A DNA stretch of 64,000 nucleotides from IMG/VR virus record IMGVR_UViG_3300006167_000001; one strand, 5' to 3'. The translations under genes were made by a program, and so were the position numbers. The notes beneath the pieces are model-generated. The model saw only the letters and a list, made by a program, of their open reading frames with translations. It did not search any database and was not told where the DNA came from. Shown one piece after another: positions 1-9,647 of this stretch. Positions within the stretch are counted from its first letter, which is position 1, and the number at the start of each line of letters is the position of its first letter. This DNA is from a virus. Taxonomy: Duplodnaviria > Heunggongvirae > Uroviricota > Caudoviricetes.

Positions 1-415
1 ACTGATCTGGCCGCTGTTCAAAAATCTCTCTAACTTTTTCTTCTATCAGAGGCCCATCAGGTATTAGCCATACTGCATGGCATAGTTCTTCTACCATTAC
101 AACCAGCATAGTCTCCGAGGTTAGTCCCCGCTCCCGCCAATTCCAAACTGGAAAAATGATTGCTTGATGAAAGCATCCAAAAACATCTTCATCCAAGGAG
201 AAAGTTATTGACTTGTTTTCAAGAAAGTAGACATTCAGACCAAGCAATGGAATTGGTGGTGGGGATGCCTCAGCTTTCATGCCTACGAGTGCCATCGCCA
301 AATAAAACATTGTCGATTCGATGTCGGTGATAATTCCGTCAGTTACAATGGCTATTTTATCGACGAAGAAATCCGGAACCTTAAAGTCTCCAATGACATG
401 GCATCCTTTTGGAGT
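1..415 (-). CDS. hypothetical protein (partial, runs off the window start; GTG start at 415)
   Basis: Open minus-strand frame from GTG at 415 preceded by AGGGAGG. Reads MTPKGCHVIGDFKVPDFFVDKIAIVTDGIITDIES... with no stop before the window edge. Not in the ORF table because it is truncated. Confidence 0.4.
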
Positions 416-439
416 CACCTATTACGCCTCCCTTACAGC

Positions 440-751
440 CTATCTTATTTTTTCTGGTTCGGTAGGGACTTCTTCCAGCTCCAAAGCTTTCTCTAATTCC
501 GCTTTCAGTTCAACCTCTTTTAATTTTGCTTGTTTTCGCTTCTTAATGTAGTCTGATACCTTGATGGCGGCAAAGACACCTGCACCACCTATAGGCGCTC
601 CGATTAAAATTCCCGTTCTAATCTGTTTTGGTAGAGCTTCTAACGCCCCAATTTCTTTGAACTCACTTATCAAAGCATTCAGGTCGCCGTTCTTCCCTTG
701 TAACATTACTCGGGCTGTATTGTAGTTGCCCAAATTTTCTATCCTGCTCAT
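440..751 (-). CDS. hypothetical protein with coiled-coil C-terminus
   Basis: 103-aa ORF co-oriented with the integrase. K/E-rich C-terminus. No recognisable domain. Confidence 0.45.
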   Translation of the reverse strand: MSRIENLGNYNTARVMLQGKNGDLNALISEFKEIGALEALPKQIRTGILIGAPIGGAGVFAAIKVSDYIKKRKQAKLKEVELKAELEKALELEEVPTEPEKIR

Positions 752-807
752 TTTACACTATCCTTTCGCAGAAAAGACATCCCTTTTTATGAAGGGAGGT
801 TGTTCTG

Positions 808-1029
808 ATGAAACATACTAAAATGATACCAAAGTATGAGGCAGAAATCAATAAGCTGGCTGAAGAACACTTGATGGCTTTGCTCAATCTGTCTGCAACT
901 TCATTTCACGATGGAGTGAAAGTTGGTCAGAGAAATGCATTGTTCACCATGTCAATCGGCCTTTTGGTGGGGGTTATCGGCCTGACAATCGCTGGTGTCG
1001 AATATTTGGAACACAAGGAACAGCCTTGA
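808..1029 (+). CDS. hypothetical small membrane protein
   Basis: 73-aa ORF with RBS GGGAGG upstream and a hydrophobic C-terminal segment (SIGLLVGVIGLTIAGV). Confidence 0.45.
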   Translation: MKHTKMIPKYEAEINKLAEEHLMALLNLSATSFHDGVKVGQRNALFTMSIGLLVGVIGLTIAGVEYLEHKEQP

Positions 1030-1039
1030 ACACCGAATT

Positions 1040-1078
1040 GAGCTTGCGGAAACGCAGGCTCTTTTCTTTTCACGGTAT
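1040..1078. terminator. bidirectional rho-independent terminator
   Basis: Hairpin gagcttgcg-gaaa-cgcaggctc followed by a T-run, between convergent genes 808..1029(+) and the integrase(-). Confidence 0.6.
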
Positions 1079-2305
1079 TTTTTCGATTTCTTCTTTCAAC
1101 CACTCAAACTCACGCTTGGTGTAAACCTTCTCGGTGATATCTGAAATCTTGTGACCAACCATGTACTTGATGGCATACTCGTCTACCCCGGCTTTCTTGG
1201 CCATCGTTACGAAGTGTTTTCTGCCATCATGCGGACGATGCTCCGGGTTCAACTTCAGCTCGTCCCGAACCATGGCGAACCCCTTTTGGTATCGCTGATA
1301 GGTCAGCATTGTTGGCTTGCCGCTACGGCCATCCGTACAAGTGAAGAGATACTTACTTCCGGCCTGCTGAGATTCTTTATATTTGCGTTCGACCAAGTGA
1401 CGTATCTTCGAGTGAATGGGGACGACCCTGTCCATACCTGCATCCGTCTTCATGCCGCCTTTGAATGTCCACCCCTCCAGGTCAACATTCTCAAGTTCCA
1501 GTAATCCGAGCTCCTGCGGTCTCCATCCGGAGTAACACTGAATGAGCATAATATCGACATATCGTTTATCGTCTACATGACTCCAGAGAAGTTCCATCTC
1601 TTCATCCGTAAATGACATGTGTTCCTTCTTTACTGTCTGTATCTCTTTGATTGTCTCTTCAGTCAGGTTGAAGGTGCGGGAGTAGTTTCGGTCGACCAGT
1701 TCATACTCCAAAGCATAGTCGAGCATCAGGTTGAACAGAGACTTGATCTTGTTTTTCATGCTCGCCGAGGGATGCTGCTCTTTCCCTCGAACCTTGGCCG
1801 TTCCCTCCTCCATACAACCTTTCACATGACGGGCTCGAACATCCATCACCCTCATATCGTAGACAGCCGAACAATAGGCCCAAGCCGATGTAACAGCTCG
1901 GATGCTGCCATCCGCTTTAAGGGTCTTGAAATACTCTTCTGACCATTTGTCGTAAAGCTCCCTAACTGTAATGGACGGCTCCAAATCATACGGATTTTTG
2001 TTATACTCTACGAGAGCGGCGTAAGCGTCATTGTAAGTAGGGAAATACGATTCCGGTTTCAGAGGTTTACAAATAGGTCGCCCTTCTGGGGTCTTTCCAA
2101 CCGTAACCATCGCCCGAAAAGGGTTTCGGAGGTTGCGGTTCTTTATTTCACTGATTTGACCAAAGCCATTGGGGAGGCGCCTTCGTTTGTTGCTCTTAAC
2201 ACGGGGTTTTCGTTTAGTGGTTGGCTGCATGGGGTAACCGCAATGGGGACAGGCCGAGGCCTTATCGCTGACTTGTAATTCACATTCAGGACATTTTATT
2301 AGCAT
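1070..2305 (-). CDS. int: tyrosine site-specific recombinase (phage integrase) with N-terminal zinc ribbon
   Basis: 411 aa. N-terminal CPECELQ...CPHCG zinc ribbon. C-terminal tyrosine-recombinase catalytic region (HDGRKHFVTMAKKAGVDEYAIKYMVGHK...EKVYTK) with the R..H..R..Y pattern. Confidence 0.9.
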   Translation of the reverse strand: MLIKCPECELQVSDKASACPHCGYPMQPTTKRKPRVKSNKRRRLPNGFGQISEIKNRNLRNPFRAMVTVGKTPEGRPICKPLKPESYFPTYNDAYAALVEYNKNPYDLEPSITVRELYDKWSEEYFKTLKADGSIRAVTSAWAYCSAVYDMRVMDVRARHVKGCMEEGTAKVRGKEQHPSASMKNKIKSLFNLMLDYALEYELVDRNYSRTFNLTEETIKEIQTVKKEHMSFTDEEMELLWSHVDDKRYVDIMLIQCYSGWRPQELGLLELENVDLEGWTFKGGMKTDAGMDRVVPIHSKIRHLVERKYKESQQAGSKYLFTCTDGRSGKPTMLTYQRYQKGFAMVRDELKLNPEHRPHDGRKHFVTMAKKAGVDEYAIKYMVGHKISDITEKVYTKREFEWLKEEIEKIP

Positions 2306-2520
2306 GGCGGTTCCTCGTCTTTCTTTTCAAGAGTCTTAATTGGAAGCCTTTCAATCTTATCCACTATGCGTCCAAGTTTTTGAATGCTCCATACAATCCC
2401 GGCAAATTTCAAAATGCCTATGACCTGCTGGTTTCTGTTATGCTCTTTTACACCCCCTTCTTCGGTGTAGACCTTATAAAGAAAGTCTTTTGGGTTCACA
2501 TGTTTGAATTGCTTCTTCAT
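2299..2520 (-). CDS. small protein upstream of int (possible excisionase/regulator)
   Basis: 73-aa ORF whose end overlaps the int start by a few nt. Position is typical of Xis/regulator. No clear HTH seen. Confidence 0.4.
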   Translation of the reverse strand: MKKQFKHVNPKDFLYKVYTEEGGVKEHNRNQQVIGILKFAGIVWSIQKLGRIVDKIERLPIKTLEKKDEEPPC

Positions 2521-2584
2521 AATTTACCACCTTTCGCAAAATTCGCAATGACTTTTACGGAATACTATTTTTGGAGGGATCAAC

Positions 2585-2833
2585 ATGTCCAGAGAGAAGC
2601 TAAAAGAATACTTGAGCACCAATAAGGATAAGCTTGTTCGCATCAGTTGTCATTCGGCTGGCGTAATAGTCATGTGTGTAGTATTGAGAAGAGCGATTAA
2701 AAACCGCAACAACTACATCGTGACTGATTTAGTGGTCAGTGACTTGGGCAAATTGGGAGAACGGCTTATTGAGCACGGGTGTGGCGCAAACGACAAAGTT
2801 TTAAAATGGAAGATGGATTTTGCAAAAATGTAG
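2585..2833 (+). CDS. hypothetical protein
   Basis: 82-aa ORF. RBS GGAGGGAT 6 nt before the ATG. Confidence 0.5.
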   Translation: MSREKLKEYLSTNKDKLVRISCHSAGVIVMCVVLRRAIKNRNNYIVTDLVVSDLGKLGERLIEHGCGANDKVLKWKMDFAKM

Positions 2834-2898
2834 TCCAGCGAGGAGGGTTGCTAAAGCAGCGGCCCTTTCTCTTTCTTTTGGTTGCTTGATTGACACAA

Positions 2899-2927
2899 GC
2901 TCTTCGGCATGATATTATGAGCTAAGA
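2899..2927 (+). promoter_or_regulatory. near-consensus sigma-A/sigma-70 promoter (TTGACA-17nt-TATTAT, extended TG)
   Basis: ttGACAcaagctcttcggcaTGaTATTAT read directly from the sequence, facing the rightward early genes. Confidence 0.6.
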
Positions 2928-2990
2928 AGCAGTAAGCGTTTACCTGCGCTAAAAACGCAGGGCCTATTATGGAAAGGAGGACACTTTACT

Positions 2991-3179
2991 ATGGGACAAG
3001 GTTCCAACATTATCGAAAAGGAGGCGTTGGAAATGATGAATGTGGTTGAAGTAGCGAGAATGACCGAATGTCTCAAAGCATTGGGCTTGAGTGATGCGGA
3101 AATTATTATCGTTCAAAACTACATTGCGACCGGCGTCGGCTTGCCGACAAAGGAACCGGCCGAGAAAGAATCCGACTAA
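2991..3179 (+). CDS. hypothetical small protein
   Basis: 62-aa ORF preceded by TATTATGGAAAGGAGG (early motif variant). Confidence 0.4.
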   Translation: MGQGSNIIEKEALEMMNVVEVARMTECLKALGLSDAEIIIVQNYIATGVGLPTKEPAEKESD

Positions 3180-3313
3180 CCAACAAAGGGAGGGCTTGTG
3201 GAAATACGGGCTCTCCTTTTTTTCGTCATTCACACAAGATTTACATTTTCTTTTGTTTTCTCTGTTCGTTCCCTTTATTTCGCCCTGATTATCATATATG
3301 ACAGGTGTAGGAG

Positions 3314-3352
3314 TTGTCAAGTAAATCCTACACAATTTTGTAACTTAGGTTA
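3314..3352. promoter_or_regulatory. palindromic operator-like site overlapping a -35-like TTGTCA
   Basis: gtgtagga-N13-tcctacac perfect 8-bp inverted repeat upstream of the 3388 gene. Confidence 0.35.
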
Positions 3353-3387
3353 GAGGGTTTTTAATTTAGATTAGAAAGGAGTCGTGT

Positions 3388-3759
3388 ATGATTGCTGAGA
3401 ACATATCGACTTGCCCCAAATGCGGAGGACGGCTTAGATATTTCGACACAGTGAAACGCATTGTACGGACGAAAGCACGGATCACGGAATGGCATGACAT
3501 ACACAGGCTCCGCTGCACTGTCTGTGGCTCCTTACATCGCGAGTTACCTGAAGAGCTGTTCCCCTACAAGCAATACGAAGCTGAGGTTATTGTTGGCGTT
3601 TTAGAGGGTCTTATCACCTGCGAAACCATCGGCTTTGAGGACTATCCCTGTGAGATGACTATGTCCCGCTGGCTCGCTGAATTTACAGGCGCTGTTACGG
3701 AAAGGAGGTCGTACTATGAACGAGAAACGACTGATGGGCGAAATCGAGAAGCTGTGTAA
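3388..3759 (+). CDS. zinc-ribbon domain protein
   Basis: CPKCGG...CTVCG four-cysteine ribbon at the N-terminus. RBS AAAGGAG. Confidence 0.55.
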   Translation: MIAENISTCPKCGGRLRYFDTVKRIVRTKARITEWHDIHRLRCTVCGSLHRELPEELFPYKQYEAEVIVGVLEGLITCETIGFEDYPCEMTMSRWLAEFTGAVTERRSYYERETTDGRNREAV

Positions 3760-3940
3760 AGACGGTCATACGGATGCGCTACTCTACCTGTGCCGGAACT
3801 ACGGAGACGCGGCAATCGAAGGGTACAGACGTGGATACCGGAAAGCATTCTGGACAGGATTAGGCGTTTCCAGTCTGATCGTTACAGGTTGCATAGGAGC
3901 CATCGGGGTCATCATGAAACAGTACGGCAAGAGGAACTAA
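3716..3940 (+). CDS. small membrane protein
   Basis: 74 aa. TM segment GLGVSSLIVTGCIGAIGVIM. Overlaps the previous gene by 44 nt. Confidence 0.45.
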   Translation: MNEKRLMGEIEKLCKDGHTDALLYLCRNYGDAAIEGYRRGYRKAFWTGLGVSSLIVTGCIGAIGVIMKQYGKRN

Positions 3941-4007
3941 TCCAAGGAGGGAGCGGCTAAACGGCGGCTCTCTTCTTTTCGCCTATTTCACAGGTCCTTT
4001 TACGGAG

Positions 4008-4298
4008 GTGACTGTTATGGTAATCAGAAATAAAGAATACTACACTCAGTTTAACGAAGAGATGAAGCGAGACCATAGAGCTTTGGACTACCACATCCGA
4101 CAGGCAGAGAAGTACAAGCGTATCTACCAGCTCACAAAAGGGCGTTCGGGAGTATATGCCTTACTGAATAAATTTGCTAAGAGGATGAATCAGGTTCATT
4201 GTGATAAGGGAACTAAATTAGCGAAGCTGGACATGACGTGGTGCCTTTACGAAATGATGTACTTACAAAATTACATTCAGAAAGGAGAGGAGCCCTAA
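4008..4298 (+). CDS. hypothetical protein
   Basis: 96 aa. C-terminus KGEEP* is encoded within the terminator hairpin, with TAA in the loop. Confidence 0.5.
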   Translation: MTVMVIRNKEYYTQFNEEMKRDHRALDYHIRQAEKYKRIYQLTKGRSGVYALLNKFAKRMNQVHCDKGTKLAKLDMTWCLYEMMYLQNYIQKGEEP

Positions 4299-4310
4299 CA
4301 GGGGCTCTTC
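4286..4310 (+). terminator. hairpin terminator with stop codon in loop (early-module type)
   Basis: gagaggagccc-TAAca-ggggctcttc then ccTTTT. Prototype of a family repeated at ~3925, 5495, 5865, 6100, 6550, 7590, 8940, 9450, 10275 and 13165. Confidence 0.6.
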
Positions 4311-4468
4311 CCTTTTGCGCAGATTTTGCAACTTGTTTTGTGGAAAGGTGAACATATGCGAGACGGTATGTTCTGAAAAAGGTGTTGCCCTTGAAGGTTT
4401 AGCTGACGGCTATCGAGGTACGGAGCAACTTAATGGTTAAACGGCGAGCCGCCTGTCTTTCTTTTCTT

Positions 4469-4500
4469 CCGCAAATTTTGCAAATTGTATTATGGAGAGG
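4469..4500 (+). promoter_or_regulatory. conserved early intergenic motif CCGCA-N18-TATTATGGAGAGG
   Basis: ccgcaaattttgcaaattgtattatggagagg. Near-identical copies at 4598-4634, 5151-5182, 9506-9538, 10307-10340 and 14317-14348. Degenerate copies at 2955, 4845, 5285, 5540, 5890, 6135, 7325, 7630, 8195, 8975, 10005, 12962 and 59876. Confidence 0.6.
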
Positions 4501-4872
4501 AAATAAGGGAAACTTTGAAAAGCCAAATTGTAAGACATGGTCGGCCGTTACATTCGCAAGGATGTGGCCCCAATTCATGCCCTCTCTTTTTTTGTTTCCG
4601 CAGATTTTGCAAATCGTATTATGAGAAGGAGAGGAAATCCGACGGGTTGTGACCAAGCAACAAAATTGTTTGGTTTGGATGTTCGACTCATCCACGGCTC
4701 GTCTTTCTCTAAGAAAATGGATAGATGCGGGTGGAAATCCCGCGGTGAGACACGAAGGCGTACCGCCAAGTAATAACTTAATAAAAGATGGTACCCACCG
4801 GGCAACGGTTTTCGTTGGGCCGACCCTGAAGTCATTTTCTTTTTATTTTTCGCCAAATACTCAACGGCCTTT

Positions 4873-5088
4873 ATGGAGGTGATTGATATGTTTTTGAACA
4901 AAGTTGAATCAATGAGTACAGTCACAAAGAAAGTCATTGACGATTTTAATCGAATGGATGATAAACAATTTATGGCAAAATATTTTTGCAGTAAGCTGAC
5001 GTATGCAAAGCGAGTTGCGAAGTATGGTGATCCGTACATGAAAAGTCCACTCGCTAAAATCGGAAAATTTTTTTATAAAATATTCTGA
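4873..5088 (+). CDS. hypothetical protein
   Basis: 71 aa. Its start codon is the ATG inside the conserved TTTATGGAGGTG motif. Confidence 0.45.
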   Translation: MEVIDMFLNKVESMSTVTKKVIDDFNRMDDKQFMAKYFCSKLTYAKRVAKYGDPYMKSPLAKIGKFFYKIF

Positions 5089-5325
5089 GGTGAAATCTAA
5101 GGAGCATGAAATCACGGAGAAGGGGTGTATTCGCAGCACCTCTTTTCTTTTCGCGATTTTTACAAATCGTATTATGGAGAGGAAAAAAGAATACCATCGG
5201 GTATGAAAGTGAAGAGGCTAAACGTGTGAGTATAAAATCTTTGCGCACATTAGATGTCTACACGGAAAGTCGTCTCTCTTTATTTTTCGCCAAATACTCA
5301 ACGGCCTTTATGGAGGTGATATTTT

Positions 5326-5520
5326 GTGGAGGCCAAGAAACTCATTAGTGCGATTGGAACACTCGTTATTGTGGGGGCAGTATCAATGGCAGGAGCCGCA
5401 TTATGGACGAATGTTCTGGATGACAAAATCAAGCTGGTCCAAGCAAAGAAAGTGCATTCCAAATCAGATAAAGTTATTGTTGTTGACTTTAAGAAAGCAA
5501 GGAGGGAGACGGGCCGCTAA
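5326..5520 (+). CDS. small membrane protein
   Basis: GTG start 5 nt after GGAGGTGAT. TM ISAIGTLVIVGAVSMAGAALW. Confidence 0.45.
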   Translation: MEAKKLISAIGTLVIVGAVSMAGAALWTNVLDDKIKLVQAKKVHSKSDKVIVVDFKKARRETGR

Positions 5521-5565
5521 ACGCAGCGGCTCTTCCTCTTTTCCGCACGAATCTCCGCTTCCTTT

Positions 5566-5856
5566 ATGGATGTGAAAGTAATGAGACAAGTCATTCTTTA
5601 TGGAATTTCTGGAGCAAGTAGGGCCTATACAGTTCTGAATTACTTCTGTATCTACGAGGAATTCGTATCGATCAGCACTATCTTAGAGGAAGCGAGGCGA
5701 CTTCGGATGAGAAATCCGGATATCGAGCACGTTTACGCAATAGATAATCGATACGGGCTCCGCCGTGATTACAGGGAGAGCATGAAACGGAATAGTATCG
5801 AGAGCCATTACATTTTCAAGGATATTCTGGAAAGAGAAGGTATGCGAATTATTTAA
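5566..5856 (+). CDS. hypothetical protein
   Basis: 96-aa ORF after a motif copy. Confidence 0.5.
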   Translation: MDVKVMRQVILYGISGASRAYTVLNYFCIYEEFVSISTILEEARRLRMRNPDIEHVYAIDNRYGLRRDYRESMKRNSIESHYIFKDILEREGMRII

Positions 5857-5957
5857 CTACCGAGGAGGGTCCCGGCAGGGACTTTTCCTCTTTCCGCAGG
5901 AATGGCAGTTCCCTTTATGAGAGGCTTAGGCTTCATCTGTTATAAGGAGTGGAAACT

Positions 5958-6119
5958 ATGTTTACAAAATTGGAAATGGTCGGAGCTATTGCTATCAGCC
6001 TGTTCGGCGGATTCGCCATCGGCTACAGCAAGGCAAGAGAAATCTGTTTGCAAGCAATCATCACTGCTACCGGAGAGCAGAAGGAACCCGAGACAACCGA
6101 GAAAGAGGAGACGCCCTAA
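5958..6119 (+). CDS. small membrane protein (53 aa)
   Basis: ATG after GGAGTGGAAACT. Ends ...KEETP* inside a hairpin with TAA in the loop. Confidence 0.35.
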   Translation: MFTKLEMVGAIAISLFGGFAIGYSKAREICLQAIITATGEQKEPETTEKEETP

Positions 6120-6194
6120 ACAGGGGCTCTCCCCTTTTCGCACAAACCACAGCACCTTTTATGGAAGAATCCATATTTGAAAGGAGAAGCAACA

Positions 6195-6536
6195 ATGAGC
6201 ATGGAAAGGTTCAAAAGGTTTGTGGAGGACCATAAAAAGGAGCTGATTGCCACTACGGCGGTCGCTGGCGGGATCGTACTGGTGGTTTTCAGGTGCAAGC
6301 GCCACAGCGGGAAGATGGCCAAAGGCATATTCAGGAGGAAAGATATTTCGATCCCGGATGGCCTCAAGGTCTGGGACACGTCCTACCTCTGGGTGGAGGG
6401 AAAGTACCTGAACGCAATCGTCAACCGTATTCCCGTAGACGACCTGGGTGAACTGGGCAAGCAGTACATCAAGCATGGGCTCGCACAGCCTGGCGACATT
6501 GCAAGCGTCGTTATTGGAGTCGAGTATAACAAGTGA
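6195..6536 (+). CDS. hypothetical membrane-anchored protein
   Basis: RBS GAAAGGAG 8 nt before the ATG. TM TTAVAGGIVLVVF. Confidence 0.5.
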   Translation: MSMERFKRFVEDHKKELIATTAVAGGIVLVVFRCKRHSGKMAKGIFRRKDISIPDGLKVWDTSYLWVEGKYLNAIVNRIPVDDLGELGKQYIKHGLAQPGDIASVVIGVEYNK

Positions 6537-6649
6537 TTCTACCAAAGGTGGAGGCCGCTAACACAGCGGCTTTTGCCTTTTCACCGAGGTTGTTTGTACT
6601 TCAGCGTGGTTGTTAACTTAGAATAGCCGTTGAAAGGAGGTAGTCGTTA

Positions 6650-6901
6650 ATGAGTGAACAAGAATTTCATCCGGGTTCCGTTCCGGTTGCAGTAGCGGCC
6701 AGAGTCTATGGAAAAGATGCGTCTTGGGTTCGAGCCGGCATTGTGTCAGGATGGCTTCCGATTGGTAAGGCTACCCGAAACGGCAAACTGGTGACCAGCA
6801 TCAACGAGATAGACAGTCGGTACGGACGTATCAACTTTTACATCTCGCCCAAACTCCTCTATGAGGAAACCGGATTTTTATGGAAAGGAGAAAAGCGATA
6901 A
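6650..6901 (+). CDS. excisionase/AlpA-like HTH DNA-binding protein (paralog of 57922..58203)
   Basis: VAVAARVYGKDASWVRAGIVSGWLP resembles Xis/MerR-type HTH. ~75% identical to the downstream paralog, including the upstream TTAGAATAGCCGTTGAAAGGAGG. Confidence 0.55.
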   Translation: MSEQEFHPGSVPVAVAARVYGKDASWVRAGIVSGWLPIGKATRNGKLVTSINEIDSRYGRINFYISPKLLYEETGFLWKGEKR

Positions 6902-6902
6902 T

Positions 6903-7322
6903 ATGCCTACAAATGTACGACCCGAAGTATCCAAGAAGAATCCCTATTACATAGAGCGTGAGCGATACTACGAGCTGAAACACTTCTGCCGGCAGTATCC
7001 GATTTGGAAGAAGGCTCATGCGGCCCTTGATGGACTGAGCCGGCGACCTGCTGATTTGGAGTTGTTCAGCGAGACTGGAGAGACAAGCGATCCAACGTTC
7101 CGATGCGTAGCGGCCCGTGAACGCTACTCCAGATGGATGGGTATGGTTGAGCAGTGCGCTCGTGAAGCTGACCCCGAACTCTACAAGTATCTCATGAGCT
7201 ATGTTACGAAAGGAGATTGCTACAGCGTTCTCAAAATGCGCGACCATATCCCCTGCTGCAAGGATGTGTTCTACGAGACGGCCCGTAAGTTCTTTTGGCT
7301 CCTTAACAAAGTTCGAGACTGA
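6903..7322 (+). CDS. hypothetical protein
   Basis: 139 aa. RBS GGAAAGGAG. Confidence 0.5.
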   Translation: MPTNVRPEVSKKNPYYIERERYYELKHFCRQYPIWKKAHAALDGLSRRPADLELFSETGETSDPTFRCVAARERYSRWMGMVEQCAREADPELYKYLMSYVTKGDCYSVLKMRDHIPCCKDVFYETARKFFWLLNKVRD

Positions 7323-7390
7323 TTTGGCATCTTCCGCAGAAAATACATCCACCTTTATGGAAGACCCAATATTAGAAAGGAGTTTGACTT

Positions 7391-7567
7391 ATGAACCGTC
7401 GTTTTAACTGGATGGACAAGCCTGTCACCTGGGGAGGTTACTTTAAGCTGTGCGGCATTTGCACTGTGGTCGGAACGGCCATCGCTGCGATTGAGCTCAT
7501 CGTGTTTATGGAGCCCGCCTGGTGGAAGGCTACAAAGAACTTTGTGAGAAGACTGTTCGACAGATGA
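7391..7567 (+). CDS. small membrane protein
   Basis: 58 aa. RBS AGAAAGGAG. TM segment present. Confidence 0.4.
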   Translation: MNRRFNWMDKPVTWGGYFKLCGICTVVGTAIAAIELIVFMEPAWWKATKNFVRRLFDR

Positions 7568-7681
7568 ACTATCGGCATATAGGTCGGCCAAGAGGGAGGT
7601 TGTGGAAACACGGCCTCTTCTCTTTTTTATATTTTTGCTCGCACAATTTACAATGACCTTTATGGAAAGGAGGTTCGATTT

Positions 7682-7861
7682 ATGACTTACAAGCAAATTG
7701 AGGCCAGCAGAGAATTGCGGCTTTGGATCGGGCAGGTAATCGTACCGGCTGTCAGCGTGACGGCGGTAGTGCTTGCTAATCCTGACGTGAGAAATGCGGC
7801 TAAGCAAAAGCTGGACAGCATCAAGCAGAAGTTCCAGACCAAAAAGATCAGGGTCGTGTAG
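7682..7861 (+). CDS. small membrane protein
   Basis: 59 aa. RBS GGAAAGGAGG. Confidence 0.4.
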   Translation: MTYKQIEASRELRLWIGQVIVPAVSVTAVVLANPDVRNAAKQKLDSIKQKFQTKKIRVV

Positions 7862-7976
7862 CAGCGACCCGTTCTTTTATATTTTCCGCATATAGGTGAC
7901 TGTAATGTGTGGTAAATTGGTATTCTAAAAAATTCCCGGGTGGAAAATTCTGAAAAACAATTTTAGGAGGAATCCT

Positions 7977-8195
7977 ATGGAAATCGTAATCGCACTCGTA
8001 GCCGTCCTTATTGGCTTTATCATCGGTCGAGTCCTTCCCAGAGAGCGCCCCCTTGGCGATTTGAGGGTTGATCGGTCTGATCCAACTTGCGAGCCCTATC
8101 TTTTTCTTGAGTTGGGTACGGATGTCCATAACATCATGAGTAAGCGGTATGTTACATTCCGCATCAAAGTCGAAAACTTCCTGCCGCACGAATAA
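7977..8195 (+). CDS. small membrane protein
   Basis: 72 aa. RBS TAGGAGGAAT. Confidence 0.45.
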   Translation: MEIVIALVAVLIGFIIGRVLPRERPLGDLRVDRSDPTCEPYLFLELGTDVHNIMSKRYVTFRIKVENFLPHE

Positions 8196-8245
8196 CATCC
8201 GCTATTATGGAGCCCAACTCTAATATTTGAAAGGAGTAAAGCAAT

Positions 8246-8932
8246 ATGGCAGAGATCAAAAGTTTGTTGGACGGCGTGATCGAGCAGGAAATCCAAAACG
8301 TGGAGGCCCTGAGCTCTGGAACTGACGAGAAGTCGAAGGCAATCCAGAATCTCGCAACCCTGCACAAACTCCGTATCGAGGAGATCAAGGCCGAGACCGA
8401 GGCGGAAGAGAAGCGTGAACGCCGGGTTATGGACAGCGAGCAGCGTAAAGCGGAACTCGCTCTGAAAGAAAAGCAGGCTACCCAGCAGGAGACCCAGCAT
8501 CAGGCTGAGCTCTCTATCAAGGAGCGCCAGGTGGATAGTGCCGAGGCAGAACGTAAGATGAAGGACGAACAGTTCAAAGCTGAACTCGCCCTGAAGAAGC
8601 GTCAAGCCGACGGCGACACCGCTGAGCACAAGTTGAAGGAGAAGCAGAGTGAGACTGAGTCTGGGCATAAGGGTGCCGAGCTTGCTCTGAAGGAGCGGGA
8701 GCTTGACAGCAAGGATGCTGACCGTACCCAGGAGGGAGAGCTTCAGAAGCGCCAGGCCCGGGATCAGATGGTCGACCGGTGTGTGAGAGCTGGTGTGGCG
8801 GTTGGAGAACTGGTACTGCCGTTGGTATTCTACGGCATCTGGATGAACAAGGGTTTCAAGTTCGAGGAAACCGGTTCGTTCACGTCGACCACATTCAAGA
8901 ACTTGCTGAATCGCTTCAGACCCACGAAGTAA
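8246..8932 (+). CDS. coiled-coil repeat protein with C-terminal TM anchor
   Basis: Tandem AELALKE(K/R)Q heptad-like repeats (x4). C-terminal hydrophobic VAVGELVLPLVFYGIW. Confidence 0.55.
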   Translation: MAEIKSLLDGVIEQEIQNVEALSSGTDEKSKAIQNLATLHKLRIEEIKAETEAEEKRERRVMDSEQRKAELALKEKQATQQETQHQAELSIKERQVDSAEAERKMKDEQFKAELALKKRQADGDTAEHKLKEKQSETESGHKGAELALKERELDSKDADRTQEGELQKRQARDQMVDRCVRAGVAVGELVLPLVFYGIWMNKGFKFEETGSFTSTTFKNLLNRFRPTK

Positions 8933-9097
8933 AGGGTAAGGCTACAAAAGCGGAGAGGGCGCGGAGATTTCGCGCTCTTTTCGTTTTCGCCATTTCTACA
9001 GCGCACTTTATGAGGAAGAAGAGCTCTTTTACCTCGACTATTAGCCAAGAGTGGAGTATAATACTATACAACACTTCTGGACTACATCAGGAGGTAA

Positions 9098-9432
9098 TGA
9101 AAGTGCGTAAAAAGGGTAAAGAGATCATTCGGCCGGTAGGAGTTGAGATCAGGGAGTATCTCAATGACGGCTGGGGTATCTGCAACAACTGCGGAGCGCT
9201 TATGGATGAGGAAATCAGGGATAGAATTGGAGTATTCACCTGCCCGGCATGTGGCTGGGAGTGCGATGTTATGGATTATGAGTACGAGGAGGAAGACACT
9301 ATGGAACTCGTACAGGATGAAAGAGGTGACGAGTACCTGATTCCGAGAGATGATATGCCGCCCGCGGGGTGCAGAGCTTGTGGAGGTCCATATCCCTACT
9401 GCAAAGCATCTTGCAAGATGTATGACGACTAA
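9098..9432 (+). CDS. zinc-ribbon protein
   Basis: CNNCG...CPACGWEC plus CRACGGPYPYCKASC. Confidence 0.5.
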
Positions 9433-9647
9433 GCATTATCAAAATGGAGGAGAGTCCTGGAAAAGCCGGGGCTCTTTCTCTTTATCTCTGAACTTTGTGA
9501 GGAGATTCGCAGATTTTGCAAATCGTATTATGGAAAGGAAGTATGAGAGACGCATGTTGTTGGTGAAAACCCAACCATCTACGAGGAGTGCGATCCTCCC
9601 TCGTAGCCTTTTCTTTTTATTTTCTTGGAGGGATTGTGATGCGCTAT

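Noticed and set aside
1-2600. Calling the prophage left boundary (attL) next to the integrase
   Set aside because: No tRNA or direct repeat is visible flanking int. Genes to the left are co-oriented and of unknown origin. The right end is outside the window, so no att pair can be matched.
4469-4500. Reading the conserved early motif as a sigma-A promoter (TTGCAA / TATTAT)
   Set aside because: TTGCAA and TATTAT are only 4 nt apart. The alternative -35 (TTTCCG at 17 nt) is poor. The most conserved part is TTATGGAGAGGA, which overlaps the RBS and start, so a host-sigma promoter is not supported, though a phage-RNAP promoter is not excluded.
4676-4692. T-arm-like hairpin GGATG-TTCGACT-CATCC inside an empty cassette (possible tRNA 3' fragment / att remnant)
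   Set aside because: No D arm, no anticodon arm and no pairing acceptor could be built around it. The 17-nt match to the T-loop consensus alone is weak evidence.
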